45,729 nucleotides of DNA. It comes from Nocardioides sp. (GTDB taxonomy: Bacteria > Actinomycetota > Actinomycetes > Propionibacteriales > Nocardioidaceae). Under the pieces are notes generated by a model. It worked only from the letters and a program-made list of their open reading frames with translations. It did no database searches and was not told the origin of the DNA. Position numbers and translations under genes: made by a program. The stretch covers positions 1 to 45,729 of the forward strand of contig JAPSKJ010000001.1 of NCBI GenBank assembly GCA_031177735.1, in the 5' to 3' direction. Shown here one piece after another: positions 9,479 to 22,701 of this stretch (the first letter of the stretch is position 1; each line of letters begins with the position of its first letter).

Positions 9479-10096
9479 TCAGCCGAGCAGCTCCGCGACC
9501 TGCGGGGCGATCTCGCGCAGCGCCTTGCCGCGGTGGGAGATGGCGTCCTTGTCCTCGACCGTGAGCTCGGCGGTGGTCAGCCCCGGGCGGTCGTCGGCGA
9601 CGAAGAGGACGTCGTAGCCGAAGCCTCCACTCCCCCGGACCTCGCGGAGGACACGGCCGTCCATCCGGCCCTCGACGACGACGCTCCGTTCAGCGCCCTC
9701 GGCGTCGGCGTACACGAACGCGACCGCGCAGACGAAGTGCGCGCCACGCCGCTCGTCCGGGACGTCGGCGAGCTGGGCGAGCAGCAGCTCGTTGTTGCGG
9801 GCGTCGGACTTGGGCGGGCCGGACCACCGGGCGGAGAGCACCCCGGGCATGCCGTTGAGTGCGTCGACGCAGAGCCCCGAGTCGTCGGCGACGGTCGGCA
9901 GACCGGTGGCGGTGAAGCCGGCGCGGGCCTTGAGCAGCGCGTTGCCGGCGAAGGTGGGCGCATCCTCGACCGGCTCGTCGTAGAACTCGACGTCGTCGAG
10001 TCCGACGATCTCCACGGCAGGCAGGTGCGCCCGCAGGATCCGGTCCATCTCCTGCAGCTTCTTGGCGTTGCGGGAGGCGACGAAGATCCTCGTCAT
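9479..10096 (-). CDS. rdgB: Non-canonical purine NTP pyrophosphatase (HAM1 family)
   Basis: ASRNAKK, ADDSGL, PGVLSARW, GFGYD and SHRG. Follows rph. Confidence 0.95.
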   Translation of the reverse strand: MTRIFVASRNAKKLQEMDRILRAHLPAVEIVGLDDVEFYDEPVEDAPTFAGNALLKARAGFTATGLPTVADDSGLCVDALNGMPGVLSARWSGPPKSDARNNELLLAQLADVPDERRGAHFVCAVAFVYADAEGAERSVVVEGRMDGRVLREVRGSGGFGYDVLFVADDRPGLTTAELTVEDKDAISHRGKALREIAPQVAELLG

Positions 10097-10127
10097 CGGC
10101 GGCCTCTCGCCGGGGATCGGTGGCCGC

Positions 10128-10850
<723 letters not shown>

Positions 10851-10861
10851 GGAGGCCCACC

Positions 10862-11719
10862 CTAGGCGACCGGGACGACCGGCTCCCCGTCGGCTGCGGG
10901 CCGGGCACCCGGCCGGCCGCCCGCACCGGCCGCGACGGCAGGTGCGACCGCGGCGGGGGTCACCGGCCGGCGTACCTCCGTCAGCGCGAGCCGGACCGCC
11001 CACGGGCCGAGGTCGCGGGCTCGCCGGCCCAGCCAGGGCGCACCCTCGGCGACGATCCAGGCCAGGTCCCGCCGCCAGTTGGGGGCGATGCCGCCGGCCG
11101 GGTCGAGGGCCGGCAGCTCGAAGCGGTAGCCGGCGCGCTGCAGCTCGGTGCCGAAGCTGCGCGCGAGCAGCCGGTGACCCAGCTCGGAGGGGTGCATCCG
11201 GTCGACCGACCAGAACCTGCGGTCCCACACCTCGGGCCGCTGGGCGAGGTCGACGCGGATGCCGCCGTAGGTGGCGTGGACGTCGTCCCACACCTCGTTG
11301 AGCTGCTCGAGGCGGCGGTGGAGCGGTCGACGCAGCACGCCGGGGAGACCCAGCACCGCTGCGTGGTCGTGGAAGCGCGCCGTCATCAGCACCGCGCCCT
11401 GCCCGGTCAGCGCGCCGGCCATGGCGAACAGGTCGTCGCGGACCCGTCCGGGGTCCCAGCACGACTTGAGCGTGTCGTTGACCCCCACCATCAGTGAGGC
11501 GAGGTCGGGCCGATGGGCCAGCGCATCGTCGATCTGGCCGCTGCGCACGCTCGCCGCGGTCGCGCCGGAGACGGCCAGGTTGCAGAAGGAGACGTCGTAG
11601 GTCGTGCCGAGAGCCTCGGCGAGCAGCCGGGCCCATCCCCGCCAACCGCCGGGGACGGGATCGCCGATGCCGAACGTCGTGCTGTCGCCGAGTGCGGCGA
11701 ACCTGAGGTACCCGCTCAC
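10862..11719 (-). CDS. SGNH/GDSL hydrolase
   Basis: ALGDSTT, NLAVSGA, GVND and DRMHPS. Start uncertain; could extend to 11779. Confidence 0.88.
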   Translation of the reverse strand: MSGYLRFAALGDSTTFGIGDPVPGGWRGWARLLAEALGTTYDVSFCNLAVSGATAASVRSGQIDDALAHRPDLASLMVGVNDTLKSCWDPGRVRDDLFAMAGALTGQGAVLMTARFHDHAAVLGLPGVLRRPLHRRLEQLNEVWDDVHATYGGIRVDLAQRPEVWDRRFWSVDRMHPSELGHRLLARSFGTELQRAGYRFELPALDPAGGIAPNWRRDLAWIVAEGAPWLGRRARDLGPWAVRLALTEVRRPVTPAAVAPAVAAGAGGRPGARPAADGEPVVPVA

Positions 11720-11816
11720 GACCACGAGGCTCCCGGCCGTGGGTACGGCCGGGAGCCCCTGTGGTGTCGTGTCCGGCAACGCTCGGTGAAGGCTGGGGCG
11801 TCGCCGGTCGTGCCGG

Positions 11817-12656
11817 CTACTTGATCTCGGCGCGCAGGATGCGACTGAGCCCGACGCCCAGAGGGACCACCAGCCACAGGAACGTGGCGGAGGCCAGCCG
11901 GGCCCAGGCCAGCCCGTCGACGGTCGTCGGGTCGCCGTTGGGCCAGAACTCGGACATGAACGGCGTCGCCGCGTAGCTGAAGTCGAGCCACGGGATCACG
12001 TCGCGGAACCAGCCGAAGGCGAAGTACAAGATGCTGTACGCGATGAGTGGCAGGATCAGCGTGATGATGTAGTAGACCGCGATCGCGGCCGGGGTCGAGA
12101 TGATGCACATCGCCAGTCCGAACGCGGTGACGAAGGCGAGCACCTGCACGACGACCGACACGAACAGCTTCTGGCCGTCGACGGACCAGGACGGCGAGTA
12201 GTCCTGACCGGCGGCGACGACGACGTTGGCGATGGCCGCGCAGATCGCCGCGACCACCAGCGTCGCGAACGCCATCAGGACGGCCACCACGAGCTTGGCG
12301 AGCAGCACCTTGAGCCGGCTGGGCTCGAGGGCGAACGTCACCATGTTGGTGCGCTGCCCCCACTCGCTGGACACGATCGTGATCGCGAACACCGGCACGA
12401 GCAGCGAGACCGGGATCAGCATGACCTGCAGGTACAGGTCCTCGAAGCCGATCTCGGTGCTGCCCATGTCGCTGAGCAGGCCGACCAGCGAGACGCCGAG
12501 GAGCGTGAGGAGGACCAGGATCCCGGTGATCAGCAGGAGCCAGAACCCGCCACGGGTGTCGGTCATCTTGCGCCACTCGACCCGGACCAGGCGGAGGAAG
12601 GGCACCGCGGGGGTGCGCGAGACGTCGAGGGTGAGCGGTGCGGTCGAGGTGGTCAT
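11817..12656 (-). CDS. ABC-2 type exporter permease
   Basis: About six hydrophobic segments, SSEWGQRT...EPSR loop, and a 4-nt overlap with the ATPase gene. Confidence 0.85.
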   Translation of the reverse strand: MTTSTAPLTLDVSRTPAVPFLRLVRVEWRKMTDTRGGFWLLLITGILVLLTLLGVSLVGLLSDMGSTEIGFEDLYLQVMLIPVSLLVPVFAITIVSSEWGQRTNMVTFALEPSRLKVLLAKLVVAVLMAFATLVVAAICAAIANVVVAAGQDYSPSWSVDGQKLFVSVVVQVLAFVTAFGLAMCIISTPAAIAVYYIITLILPLIAYSILYFAFGWFRDVIPWLDFSYAATPFMSEFWPNGDPTTVDGLAWARLASATFLWLVVPLGVGLSRILRAEIK

Positions 12657-13588
12657 GCGACGGTCCCTTCAGGGGTCGGGGCCTGCAGGCTGGTGGGCGC
12701 CTCGCGCTGGGTGGAGGCGGTGAGCTCGAGGAACAGGTTCTCCAGGCCGCCCTCGGCGGCGCGGAGGTCGGTCAGGACGATGCCCCGCTCGGCCGCGGTG
12801 CGGCCGACCTCGACGGGTTGGGCGGTCACCCGCAGCCCCTCGCCGGCGGGGGTGACGCTGAAGCCGCGCTGGCGAAGCGCCGTGGCGAGGGCCTCGTTGT
12901 CCAGGGCGGTCACCAGGCTCTCGTCGTGGGCGCTGTTGGCGAGGAGCGACTTCTTGTCGCCCTGCGCGACGATGCGTCCGTTGCCGATCAGCACCATCTC
13001 GTCGGCGATCAGCTCGACCTCGTTGAGCAGGTGGCTGGACAGCAGCACGGTGCCGCCCCGGTCGGCGTAGGACTTCAGCAGCCCGCGCATCCAGCGGATG
13101 CCGGCCGGGTCGAGGCCGTTGGCCGGCTCGTCGAGGATGAGGACCTCCGGGTCACCCAGCAGGGCGTGGGCGATGCCGAGCCGCTGCTTCATGCCGAGGG
13201 AGTAGTTCTTCAGCCGCCGCTTCGACTCCGCCGGCGTGAGGGAGACCAGCTCGAGCATCTCGTCGATCCGCGACTTCGGCAGCCCCATCGTCTCCGCACC
13301 GATGGTGAGGATCTCCCGGCCGGTCCGACCCGCGTGCTGGGCGGAGGCGTCGAGCAGCACGCCGACGTGCCGGCCGGGGTTGGGGATGTCCTTGAAGTCG
13401 TATCCCCCGATGCTCACCCGGCCGCTGGTCGCCGGCGTCAGCCCGACCATGATCCGCATGGTCGTGGTCTTGCCGGCGCCGTTGGGGCCCAAGAAGCCGG
13501 TGACCCGCCCGGGGCGGCACTCGAAGCTCACGTTGTCGACGGCGACGAAGGCGCCGTACTTCCTGGTCAGGTTCTCGACCTTGATCAT
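12653..13588 (-). CDS. ABC transporter ATP-binding protein
   Basis: Walker A GPNGAGKTT, signature YSLGMKQ, Walker B ILDEP and SSH. Confidence 0.95.
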   Translation of the reverse strand: MIKVENLTRKYGAFVAVDNVSFECRPGRVTGFLGPNGAGKTTTMRIMVGLTPATSGRVSIGGYDFKDIPNPGRHVGVLLDASAQHAGRTGREILTIGAETMGLPKSRIDEMLELVSLTPAESKRRLKNYSLGMKQRLGIAHALLGDPEVLILDEPANGLDPAGIRWMRGLLKSYADRGGTVLLSSHLLNEVELIADEMVLIGNGRIVAQGDKKSLLANSAHDESLVTALDNEALATALRQRGFSVTPAGEGLRVTAQPVEVGRTAAERGIVLTDLRAAEGGLENLFLELTASTQREAPTSLQAPTPEGTVA

Positions 13589-13718
13589 GGCGACCAGCCT
13601 GCCGCTCCCGAGGCGCCCGCGCATCTGCCCTCGGTGTCGACACGCCGCGACTTCGGTAGGGGGTCCGCGCTACCCGGGGCGCCTGCCGCGCGCCCCGCCG
13701 GTCACTAGCGTGTACGCC

Positions 13719-14870
13719 GTGTCCCGCTCGGCCCCCGACTACCAGCCGCCCCTGCGGCCCTGGGGCGTGTTCTGGCGCTACACGGGCTGCCTGCTGATCG
13801 GGGTGATGGTCTGGGTCGACTCCTTCACCGACCAGTGGCGTGACCACCGGGCGTGGGTGTGGGCGGCGCTGCTGGTGGCCGTCGTCGCGTTCGGGATCGT
13901 CCGCTACCGGCGACGCTATCCGCTGACCGTCGTGCTGGCGACCAACGCCCTGTCGATCTTCAGCGCCCTGGCCGCCGGTCCAGCACTCCTCGCGATCGTG
14001 TCCGTCGCCACCCGGCGCCGCTACCGGGAGATCGCGGTGACCGCCGTCATCTCGGTCGCCTCCGGTGTGCTGTACAGCGAGATGCCCGGCGGCCCCGAAG
14101 GCGCCCTCGTCGTCGACCTGAGCTTCAACGTCGCCATCACCGCCGCCATCCTCGGCTGGGGCATGTACCTCGGCTCGCGCCGCGAGCTGATCTGGACCCT
14201 GCGCCGGCGCGCGGAGACCGCGGAGGCCGAGCAGGCGCTGAGGGTCAGCCAGGCGCGGCTCAACGAGCGCCGCAGGATCGCTCGCGAGATGCACGACGTG
14301 CTCGCCCACCGCATCTCCCAGATCTCCCTCTACGCGGGGGCCCTCGGGTTCCGTGACGACCTCAGCGCCCAGGAGATGCGCGACAGCGTCGGGGTGATCC
14401 GAGAGAAGGCCCACGAGGCGCTCACCGACCTGCGCGCCGTGCTCGGCGTGCTGCGCGACACCGACGGCGAGCTCACGCCGCAGCCGACCTACGCCGATCT
14501 GTCCACCCTGGTCGCCGAGGCCGCGGTGGAGGGCATGGACGTCGACCTCAGCGACGAGATCGAGGCCACTCCCGAGGAGCCGCTGCCCGCCGCCGCCGGC
14601 CGCACCATCTACCGGTTCGTGCAGGAGGGCATCACCAACGCCCGCAAGCACGCCCCCGGCGCCCGCCTCCAGGTGCGCCTGTCCGGGTCGAAGGAGACGG
14701 GCATCGAGATCGAGCTGTCCAACCCGATCGGCTTCGGGTCCAGCACCCCGGGAGCCGGACTCGGCCTGGTCGGCCTGGCCGAGCGGGCGGACCTCGCCGG
14801 CGGCAGGCTCGAGCACACGGTGCGGTCGGGCACCTTCGTGCTCCGCGGATGGATACCGTGGGCCACGTGA
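13719..14870 (+). CDS. Membrane sensor histidine kinase (HisKA_3)
   Basis: ERRRIAREMHDVLAH, QEGITNARKHA and GLGLVGLAER. GTG lies 7 nt after TAGCGT. Confidence 0.92.
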   Translation: MSRSAPDYQPPLRPWGVFWRYTGCLLIGVMVWVDSFTDQWRDHRAWVWAALLVAVVAFGIVRYRRRYPLTVVLATNALSIFSALAAGPALLAIVSVATRRRYREIAVTAVISVASGVLYSEMPGGPEGALVVDLSFNVAITAAILGWGMYLGSRRELIWTLRRRAETAEAEQALRVSQARLNERRRIAREMHDVLAHRISQISLYAGALGFRDDLSAQEMRDSVGVIREKAHEALTDLRAVLGVLRDTDGELTPQPTYADLSTLVAEAAVEGMDVDLSDEIEATPEEPLPAAAGRTIYRFVQEGITNARKHAPGARLQVRLSGSKETGIEIELSNPIGFGSSTPGAGLGLVGLAERADLAGGRLEHTVRSGTFVLRGWIPWAT

Positions 14871-15544
14871 CCGATGCCTCCGCTCAGCCCGGCCCCATCC
14901 GGGTGGCGATCGTCGACGACGATCCGCTGGTCCGCTCCGCGCTCGGGCTCATGCTGGGCGGGCAGCCCGACCTCGAGGTCGTCGGTGAGGCGACCGATGG
15001 TGCCGACGCGGTGCCGCTGACGCGCTCGACCGACCCGGACGTGGTCCTCATGGACATCCGGATGCCACGGCTCAACGGCCTGGAGGCCACCCGGCAGCTG
15101 CACAGCCGCCCCGACCCGCCCCACATCATCGTGCTCACCACCTTCGACGCCGACGAGCACATCGTCGGCGCGCTCGCCGCCGGAGCCGACGGGTTCCTGC
15201 TCAAGGACACCCCGCCCGCCGAGATCGTGGCTGCCATCCGCAAGGTGGCCGACGGCGAGCCGATGCTGTCGCCCTCGGTGACGCGCACCCTGATCGACCG
15301 GATCCGCGCGGACCGGCCCGACGACCGGGAGGCCGAGGCGAAGAAGCGGCTGTCCTCGCTCACCGAGCGCGAGATGGACGTCGCGCTCGCTGTCGGCCGC
15401 GGGCTGAGCAACGCCGAGATCGCCGGCGAGCTCTACCTCTCGGTCCCGACCGTCAAGGCGCACGTCTCGCGGCTCTTCGACAAGCTCGGCGTCACCAACC
15501 GGGTGCAGATCGCCATCTGCGTGCACGACGCCGGGCTCGTCTGA
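14867..15544 (+). CDS. NarL/LuxR-family response regulator
   Basis: IVDDD, LMDIRMP, LTTF, FLLKD and the HTH SNAEIA...TVKAHV. Confidence 0.94.
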   Translation: MTDASAQPGPIRVAIVDDDPLVRSALGLMLGGQPDLEVVGEATDGADAVPLTRSTDPDVVLMDIRMPRLNGLEATRQLHSRPDPPHIIVLTTFDADEHIVGALAAGADGFLLKDTPPAEIVAAIRKVADGEPMLSPSVTRTLIDRIRADRPDDREAEAKKRLSSLTEREMDVALAVGRGLSNAEIAGELYLSVPTVKAHVSRLFDKLGVTNRVQIAICVHDAGLV

Positions 15545-15571
15545 CCCGGCTGGTCGACCTGCTCGGCTGCC

Positions 15572-16339
15572 TCAGAGGTCGTAGACGGCCCCGGCGACGG
15601 CCAGCTCGATCGGTCCGTCGTACGCCGCCCGGGCCTCGGCGAAGATGCCGTCCGGGTCGTGCCACGGCGGCACGTGGGTGACCACGGCCCGCTTGGCTCC
15701 GGCCTTCGCGGCGTACTCCCCCGCTTCCCGGCCGGTCAGGTGCAGGCTGGGCGGGTTGTCATCACCGTGCCGGAAGGACGCCTCGACCAGGAACAGGTCG
15801 GCGTCCTGGGCCATCTCCAACAGCGTGTCGGTGGGGCCGGTGTCGCCGCTGTAGGCGAGCACCCTGGTCTGCTCGCCCTCGCCTGTGGTGATGCGCATCC
15901 CGTAGGCCGGCACCGGGTGGTCGACCTCGTAGGGCGTGATGGCGAACGGCCCGACGCGGAACGGCTCCTTGTAGCGGTGGAACTCGAACTCCTCCTCCAT
16001 GCCGGGCTTGCGCGGGAGGTCGTAGGCACGGGCGAGCCGGCGGGCGGTGCGCTTGGGGCCCCACACGGGGATCTTCGGCTGCGCACCGGTGGGGTGGTAC
16101 TTGCGCAGGACGTAGTAGCTGGTCATGTCGACGCAGTGGTCGGCGTGCAGGTGGCTGAGCAGCACGGCGTCGAGGGCCAGCGGGTCGACGTACCGCTGCA
16201 GCGCGCCCAGCGCGCCGTTGCCCATGTCGAGCACGAGCGACCAGAGCCGGCCCTCGTGCTCCTCCTGGACCAGGTAGCAGCTGGCCGCGGAGTCCGGGCC
16301 GGGATAGGAGCCGGAGCACCCCACCACCGTCAGCTTCAT
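15572..16339 (-). CDS. MBL-fold metallohydrolase (Rv1339-like by synteny)
   Basis: GCSGS, SHLHADH, YSGDT and THVPPW. Coupled to murI by an ATGA overlap. Confidence 0.9.
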   Translation of the reverse strand: MKLTVVGCSGSYPGPDSAASCYLVQEEHEGRLWSLVLDMGNGALGALQRYVDPLALDAVLLSHLHADHCVDMTSYYVLRKYHPTGAQPKIPVWGPKRTARRLARAYDLPRKPGMEEEFEFHRYKEPFRVGPFAITPYEVDHPVPAYGMRITTGEGEQTRVLAYSGDTGPTDTLLEMAQDADLFLVEASFRHGDDNPPSLHLTGREAGEYAAKAGAKRAVVTHVPPWHDPDGIFAEARAAYDGPIELAVAGAVYDL

Positions 16340-17160
16340 GACAGACCTCCTGCGAACTGCGATGCGGCCACCATCTCGGGCCCGAGGAACCTGCGCCCGA
16401 TCGTCTCGAACTCCGCCGGCGAGCCGGTCGTGAGGAAGGAGTACGTCGGGTCGCCACTCTCGCGCATCAGGCCGCCCGCGGCGAGGACCTGGTACAGCTC
16501 CTTCGCGCTCTCCTCCGCACTGCTCACCATCGTCACGTTCCCACCCATGACGTAGGAGATGACTCCGGTGAGCAGCGGGTAGTGGGTGCAGCCGAGGATC
16601 AAGGTGTCGATGCCGGCGCTGGTGAGCGGGTCGAGGTAGTCGTGCGCGGCACTGAGCAGCTCGGGGCCACCGACCACACCTGCCTCGACGAAGTCGACGA
16701 ACCGCGGGCACGCCTGGGTGGTGAGCTGGACGTGGGGAGCAGCCGCGAAGGCGTCCGCGTAGGCCATCGACTCCGCGGTCGCCCGGGTGCAGATCACCCC
16801 GATCCGGCCGGTGCGGCTGGCCGCGACCGCGCGCCGTGTGGCGGGGAGGATCACCTCGACGACCGGCACGTCGTAGCGCTCACGAGCGTCGCGCAGCATC
16901 GCGGCGCTGGCCGAGTTGCACGCGATGACCAGCGCTTTCACGCCCTGGTCGACGAGGTGGTCGAGGCACTCCAGGGCGTACTCGCGCACCTCGGCGATCG
17001 GCTTGGGGCCGTACGGCGCCCGGGCGGTGTCACCGAGGTAACGGATCGACTCGTGCGGCAGCTGGTCGATGACCGCCCGCGCCACCGTCAGCCCGCCGAA
17101 GCCGGAGTCGAAGATGCCGATCGGGGCGTCGACGTCGAGAGCAGCCAGGTTGGGGGGCAC
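16336..17160 (-). CDS. murI: Glutamate racemase
   Basis: FDSGFGG, PYG, IACNSA and LGCTHYP. Confidence 0.96.
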   Translation of the reverse strand: MPPNLAALDVDAPIGIFDSGFGGLTVARAVIDQLPHESIRYLGDTARAPYGPKPIAEVREYALECLDHLVDQGVKALVIACNSASAAMLRDARERYDVPVVEVILPATRRAVAASRTGRIGVICTRATAESMAYADAFAAAPHVQLTTQACPRFVDFVEAGVVGGPELLSAAHDYLDPLTSAGIDTLILGCTHYPLLTGVISYVMGGNVTMVSSAEESAKELYQVLAAGGLMRESGDPTYSFLTTGSPAEFETIGRRFLGPEMVAASQFAGGLS

Positions 17161-17254
17161 GAGAGGCAACGTTAAGCCGTCACACCCCCGAGCGCAGCCG
17201 CCCGTGACGCACCCGACGTGAGTCGCGGATCACGGCGACGTACCCTCGGCAAGC

Positions 17255-18268
17255 GTGACCCGCACCCGGATGCCCTCCCCCGCACTCCCGCACGCCCTGA
17301 GTCGGCTCCGCGCCGCGCTGGGGGTGCTCGGCTCCGCCGCGCTCGCCGCGACGCTGCTCACCGGCCCCGCCCAGCCCGGTGCGGCCGCCGTCGGACCCGC
17401 CGACCGGGTGCTGGCGATCTCGATCGACGGGCTCAACCCTGCGGCGCTGCGTCGGTTGGGAGTCCCGGGGGCACCGGCGTTCCACCGCCTGCTCACCGAG
17501 GGCGCCGGCACCCTCAACGCCCGCACCGAGGCGGAGATGACCGTGACGCTGCCCAACCACACCAGCATGCTGACCGGCCGACGGATCCGGCTGGGCCAGG
17601 GCGGGCACGGCGTGACGTGGGACGACGACCGCCCCGGGTCCACGGTGCCGACCGGGTCGTCGGTCTACTCGGTGGTCGACGCCGCCGGCGGCTCCACCGC
17701 GATGTTCACCACCAAGCCGAAGTTCGCGCTCTACGACCGCTCCTGGCCGATCGACCGCTTCGTGGCCGACGAGCGCACCCGCCGCCTGGTCCGCACGGCG
17801 AGCGCCGACCTGGTCGAGGCCGACCGCGACTTCACCTTCCTCCACCTCTCGCTCCCGGACGCGGCGGGTCACGAGCACCGCGGGATGAGCGCCGCCTACC
17901 TCGACGCGGTGCGCCGCACCGACCGACTCCTCGGCCGGGTGCTGGACGCGGCTGCCGCCGAGTCCGGGCTCACCGTCATCCTGACCGCCGACCACGGGTT
18001 CGCCCGCGGCACGACGAGCCACTCGCGGCGCACGCTGCGCGCCAACTACACGGTGCCGTTCCTCGTCTGGGGGCCCGGCGTCACGCCGGGTGACCTCTAC
18101 GCGCTCAACCCCGGCTACACCGACCCCGGCCGGGCGCGGGCGAGGTACGCCGGCGCGCAGCCGGTCCGCAACGGCGACCTGGCCAACCTGGCCACCGCCG
18201 TCCTCGGCCTCGACCCGGTCCCGGGGAGCGAGCTGGGAGTCTCCCCGACGCTCGAGGTCGGGCCGGCC

Positions 18269-18280
<12 letters not shown>
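17255..18280 (+). CDS. Secreted alkaline phosphatase-superfamily protein (phosphodiesterase/NPP-like)
   Basis: Signal-like N-terminus, ISIDGL, TLPNHTSMLTG, DAAGH and TADHG. Confidence 0.85.
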
Positions 18281-20032
<1,752 letters not shown>

Positions 20033-20098
20033 TATGGTCGGTGGATCCCGGCCTGGTGGCCGATGTGGCGACCGGGGCGATGGGCCGATCCTCGTGGC

Positions 20099-20782
20099 AT
20101 GTCCCTCACCGCCGCCCGCCCGGCCGCACCGACCCGCAAGCCTCACCGCCGCCAGTGGCTGGTGCCGGCCGGCCTGCTGCTCCTCGCGCTGGTCCCGGTG
20201 GCCGCCGGATCGGCCCGACTCGCCGAGCTGGCGGGTGACCCCGTCGTGACCGCGGAGAACGCGCGCTTCGTCAGCACCCCCGTCCCGGTGGTGGTCCACA
20301 TCGTCGCGGTCACGGTCTACGCAGTGCTGGGTGCGTTGCAGTTCGTGCCGCGGCTGCGCCGGGGCGCGTGGCACCGGGTGGCGGGCGTCGTGCTGGTGCC
20401 CGCCGGGCTGGTCACCGCGCTCACCGGCCTCTGGATGACGGCGTTCTACGACCTGCCCGAGAAGGACACCGCCGTGGTCAACGGCGCGCGGTACGTCGTT
20501 GGGTCGGTGATGCTGGTCGGGCTGGTCCTCGCGGTCCGGGCGCTGTTCCGGCACGACTACCGCACCCACGGCGCCTGGATGACGCGCGCCTACGCGCTCG
20601 CCATGGGCGCCGGGACGCAGGCCGTCCTGCTCGGTCCGGTCGCGATCCTCGCCGCCGCGACCGGCGTGGCGGCCGACAGCCGTCCACTGATCGCCGTGTC
20701 GAGCACCCTGATGGTGCTGGCCTGGGTCCTCAACGCGCTCGTCGCCGAGCGGGCCATCCGGCGGCGTCGCGCCCGCCGATGA
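20099..20782 (+). CDS. DUF2306-like membrane protein
   Basis: Multiple TM segments with HIV...LGALQF, WHRVAG and HGAWMTRAYA. Confidence 0.8.
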   Translation: MSLTAARPAAPTRKPHRRQWLVPAGLLLLALVPVAAGSARLAELAGDPVVTAENARFVSTPVPVVVHIVAVTVYAVLGALQFVPRLRRGAWHRVAGVVLVPAGLVTALTGLWMTAFYDLPEKDTAVVNGARYVVGSVMLVGLVLAVRALFRHDYRTHGAWMTRAYALAMGAGTQAVLLGPVAILAAATGVAADSRPLIAVSSTLMVLAWVLNALVAERAIRRRRARR

Positions 20783-21960
20783 CTAACATCGCCGGCATGC
20801 GCGCGGTCGGGCTCCTCCTGCGCCGACCGCCGGCGCCGGGCGAGCGGCGTCCCCGCCCTGATGACTGGGGCGTGGTCGCGGTCATCGCGGCTGCGGTCGT
20901 CGTGGAGACCATCGTGCGCAGCGAGGTGACCCGGCCCGCGCTCGCCGCCGTGGTGACGGCTGCCGGCGCACTGGCCCTGCCGTGGCGGCGCCAGCACCCG
21001 TTGGCGGTGCTGCTCTGGACCACCGGTTCTGGTGCGGTGGCCGCCGTGGTGCACCTCGCCGCCTCGGTTCCCCAGGTGACGCCGGGCTCCGCGGTCGGGC
21101 TCGCGCTGGCGCCGTACGCGCTGTACCGCTGGGGTTCGGGCGGGGCGGCCGCGACGGGCACCGCGGTGCTCGCCGCGTCCATCGGCGTCTCCGCGGCCGC
21201 GAGCGGCAACGGCTGGTCCGACGTCGTCGGAGCCAGCGTCGTGGTGACCCTGCTCGCCCTGCTCGCGGAGCTCAACCGGCAGCGGGTCGCCTCGCGAGCC
21301 CGGGAGCTCGACCGGGCCCGGATGCTCGAGCGCGAGCACATCGCCCGGGACCTGCACGACACGGTCGCCCACCGGCTCTCCGCCGTCGCGGTCCGCGCAC
21401 AGGCCGGCCAGGTCCAGGCGGTGCAGGACCCGGCGTACGCCGTCGACGCGCTCCGCGTCGTCGAGGACGAGGCGCGCCGCGCCCTGACCGAGATGCGCGA
21501 CCTGGTGCGGATGCTGCGGGAGAGCGGCACGCCAGAGCAGGGCCCGGGGATCGCGGACGTGCTGCTGCTCGCCGAGGACGGTCCACCTCCCGTGCGGGTG
21601 AGCATCGACGGCGGACTGGGGCCGCTGGCACCGGAGACGGCCACCGCGGTGTTCCGCATCGCCCAGGAGGCGGTCACCAACACCCGGCGGCACGCCCGCG
21701 GAGCGACCGCCGTCACGGTGCGGATCGGCCGCGAGGCCGACGACGTGCTGCTCGAGGTGTGCGACGACGGCCGCCCTGCTCCCGCGCCGCAGGGCCGACC
21801 GACCCACGAGATGGGCTTCGGCCTGATCGGGATGGCGGAGCGGGCGACCGCCCTGGGCGGCACCCTGGAGGCCGGCCCCGTCGCCTCCGGCCGGGCCGGC
21901 GGCGATCACGGCTGGGCGGTGCGCGCCCGGCTGCCGGCCACCACGAGAGGGGTCCGATGA
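20779..21960 (+). CDS. Membrane sensor histidine kinase (HisKA_3)
   Basis: EREHIARDLHDTVAH, QEAVTN, DDG and GFGLIGMAER. Start is 20779 or 20797. Confidence 0.9.
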   Translation: MTNIAGMRAVGLLLRRPPAPGERRPRPDDWGVVAVIAAAVVVETIVRSEVTRPALAAVVTAAGALALPWRRQHPLAVLLWTTGSGAVAAVVHLAASVPQVTPGSAVGLALAPYALYRWGSGGAAATGTAVLAASIGVSAAASGNGWSDVVGASVVVTLLALLAELNRQRVASRARELDRARMLEREHIARDLHDTVAHRLSAVAVRAQAGQVQAVQDPAYAVDALRVVEDEARRALTEMRDLVRMLRESGTPEQGPGIADVLLLAEDGPPPVRVSIDGGLGPLAPETATAVFRIAQEAVTNTRRHARGATAVTVRIGREADDVLLEVCDDGRPAPAPQGRPTHEMGFGLIGMAERATALGGTLEAGPVASGRAGGDHGWAVRARLPATTRGVR

Positions 21961-22643
21961 CCATCACGGTCCTGGTCGCCGACGACCAGGAGATCGTGCG
22001 CACCGGCCTGTGCACCATCCTCGACGCCCAGCCGGACATCGAGGTCGTCGCCGCGGTGGGCGACGGCGAGCAGGCGGTCCGCGAGGCGCGCCGGCTGCGC
22101 CCCGACGTCTGCCTGCTCGACATCCGGATGCCGGTGCTGGACGGCGTCGCCGCGACCCGGGCGCTCGCCGGCCCCGACGTGGCGGACCCGATGGCGGTGG
22201 TGGTCATCACGACCTTCGACCTCGACGAGCACGTCCACGATGCCCTGGCCGCCGGCGCCCGAGGCTTCCTGCTCAAGGATGCCGGGCCCGCCCTGCTCGC
22301 CCAGGCCGTGCACGCGGCGGCCGACGGTGAGGCGCTGATCGACCCGACGGTCACGGTGCGGCTGCTGCAGCACTTCGCCCGGCCGGCCCGCCGCAAGCGA
22401 CGCCGGCCCGCCCAGCCACTGAGCCCACGCGAGGAGGCCGTGCTCCGCCTGGTCGCAGCGGGTCGGACCAACGCCGAGATCACCGCCGAGCTGCACCTGG
22501 GCCTGAGCACGGTGAAGACACACCTCGCCGCGATCATGGCCAAGACGGGCACCCGCAACCGGGTGGAGGTCGCCCGTTGGGCCTATGAGTCCGGGTGGGA
22601 GCCGCCCGCCGACGAGATCGGGCGGCATCAGCCGATCGGATGA
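21957..22643 (+). CDS. NarL/LuxR-family response regulator
   Basis: VADDQ, LLDIRMP, TTFD, FLLKD and TVKTHL. ATGA overlap with the kinase gene. Confidence 0.93.
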   Translation: MTITVLVADDQEIVRTGLCTILDAQPDIEVVAAVGDGEQAVREARRLRPDVCLLDIRMPVLDGVAATRALAGPDVADPMAVVVITTFDLDEHVHDALAAGARGFLLKDAGPALLAQAVHAAADGEALIDPTVTVRLLQHFARPARRKRRRPAQPLSPREEAVLRLVAAGRTNAEITAELHLGLSTVKTHLAAIMAKTGTRNRVEVARWAYESGWEPPADEIGRHQPIG

Positions 22644-22648
22644 TGCCG
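22623..22648. promoter_or_regulatory. 26-bp palindrome, putative response-regulator operator for the downstream ABC operon
   Basis: CGGCATCAGCCGA/TCGGATGATGCCG with 12 of 13 pairs matching, about 55 nt upstream of ATG 22702. Confidence 0.55.
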
Positions 22649-22701
22649 ATCGGCGCCTGCTGATCGATGTCCGCCCTGCCCGCGGCCACCAGGCTGGAGG
22701 C

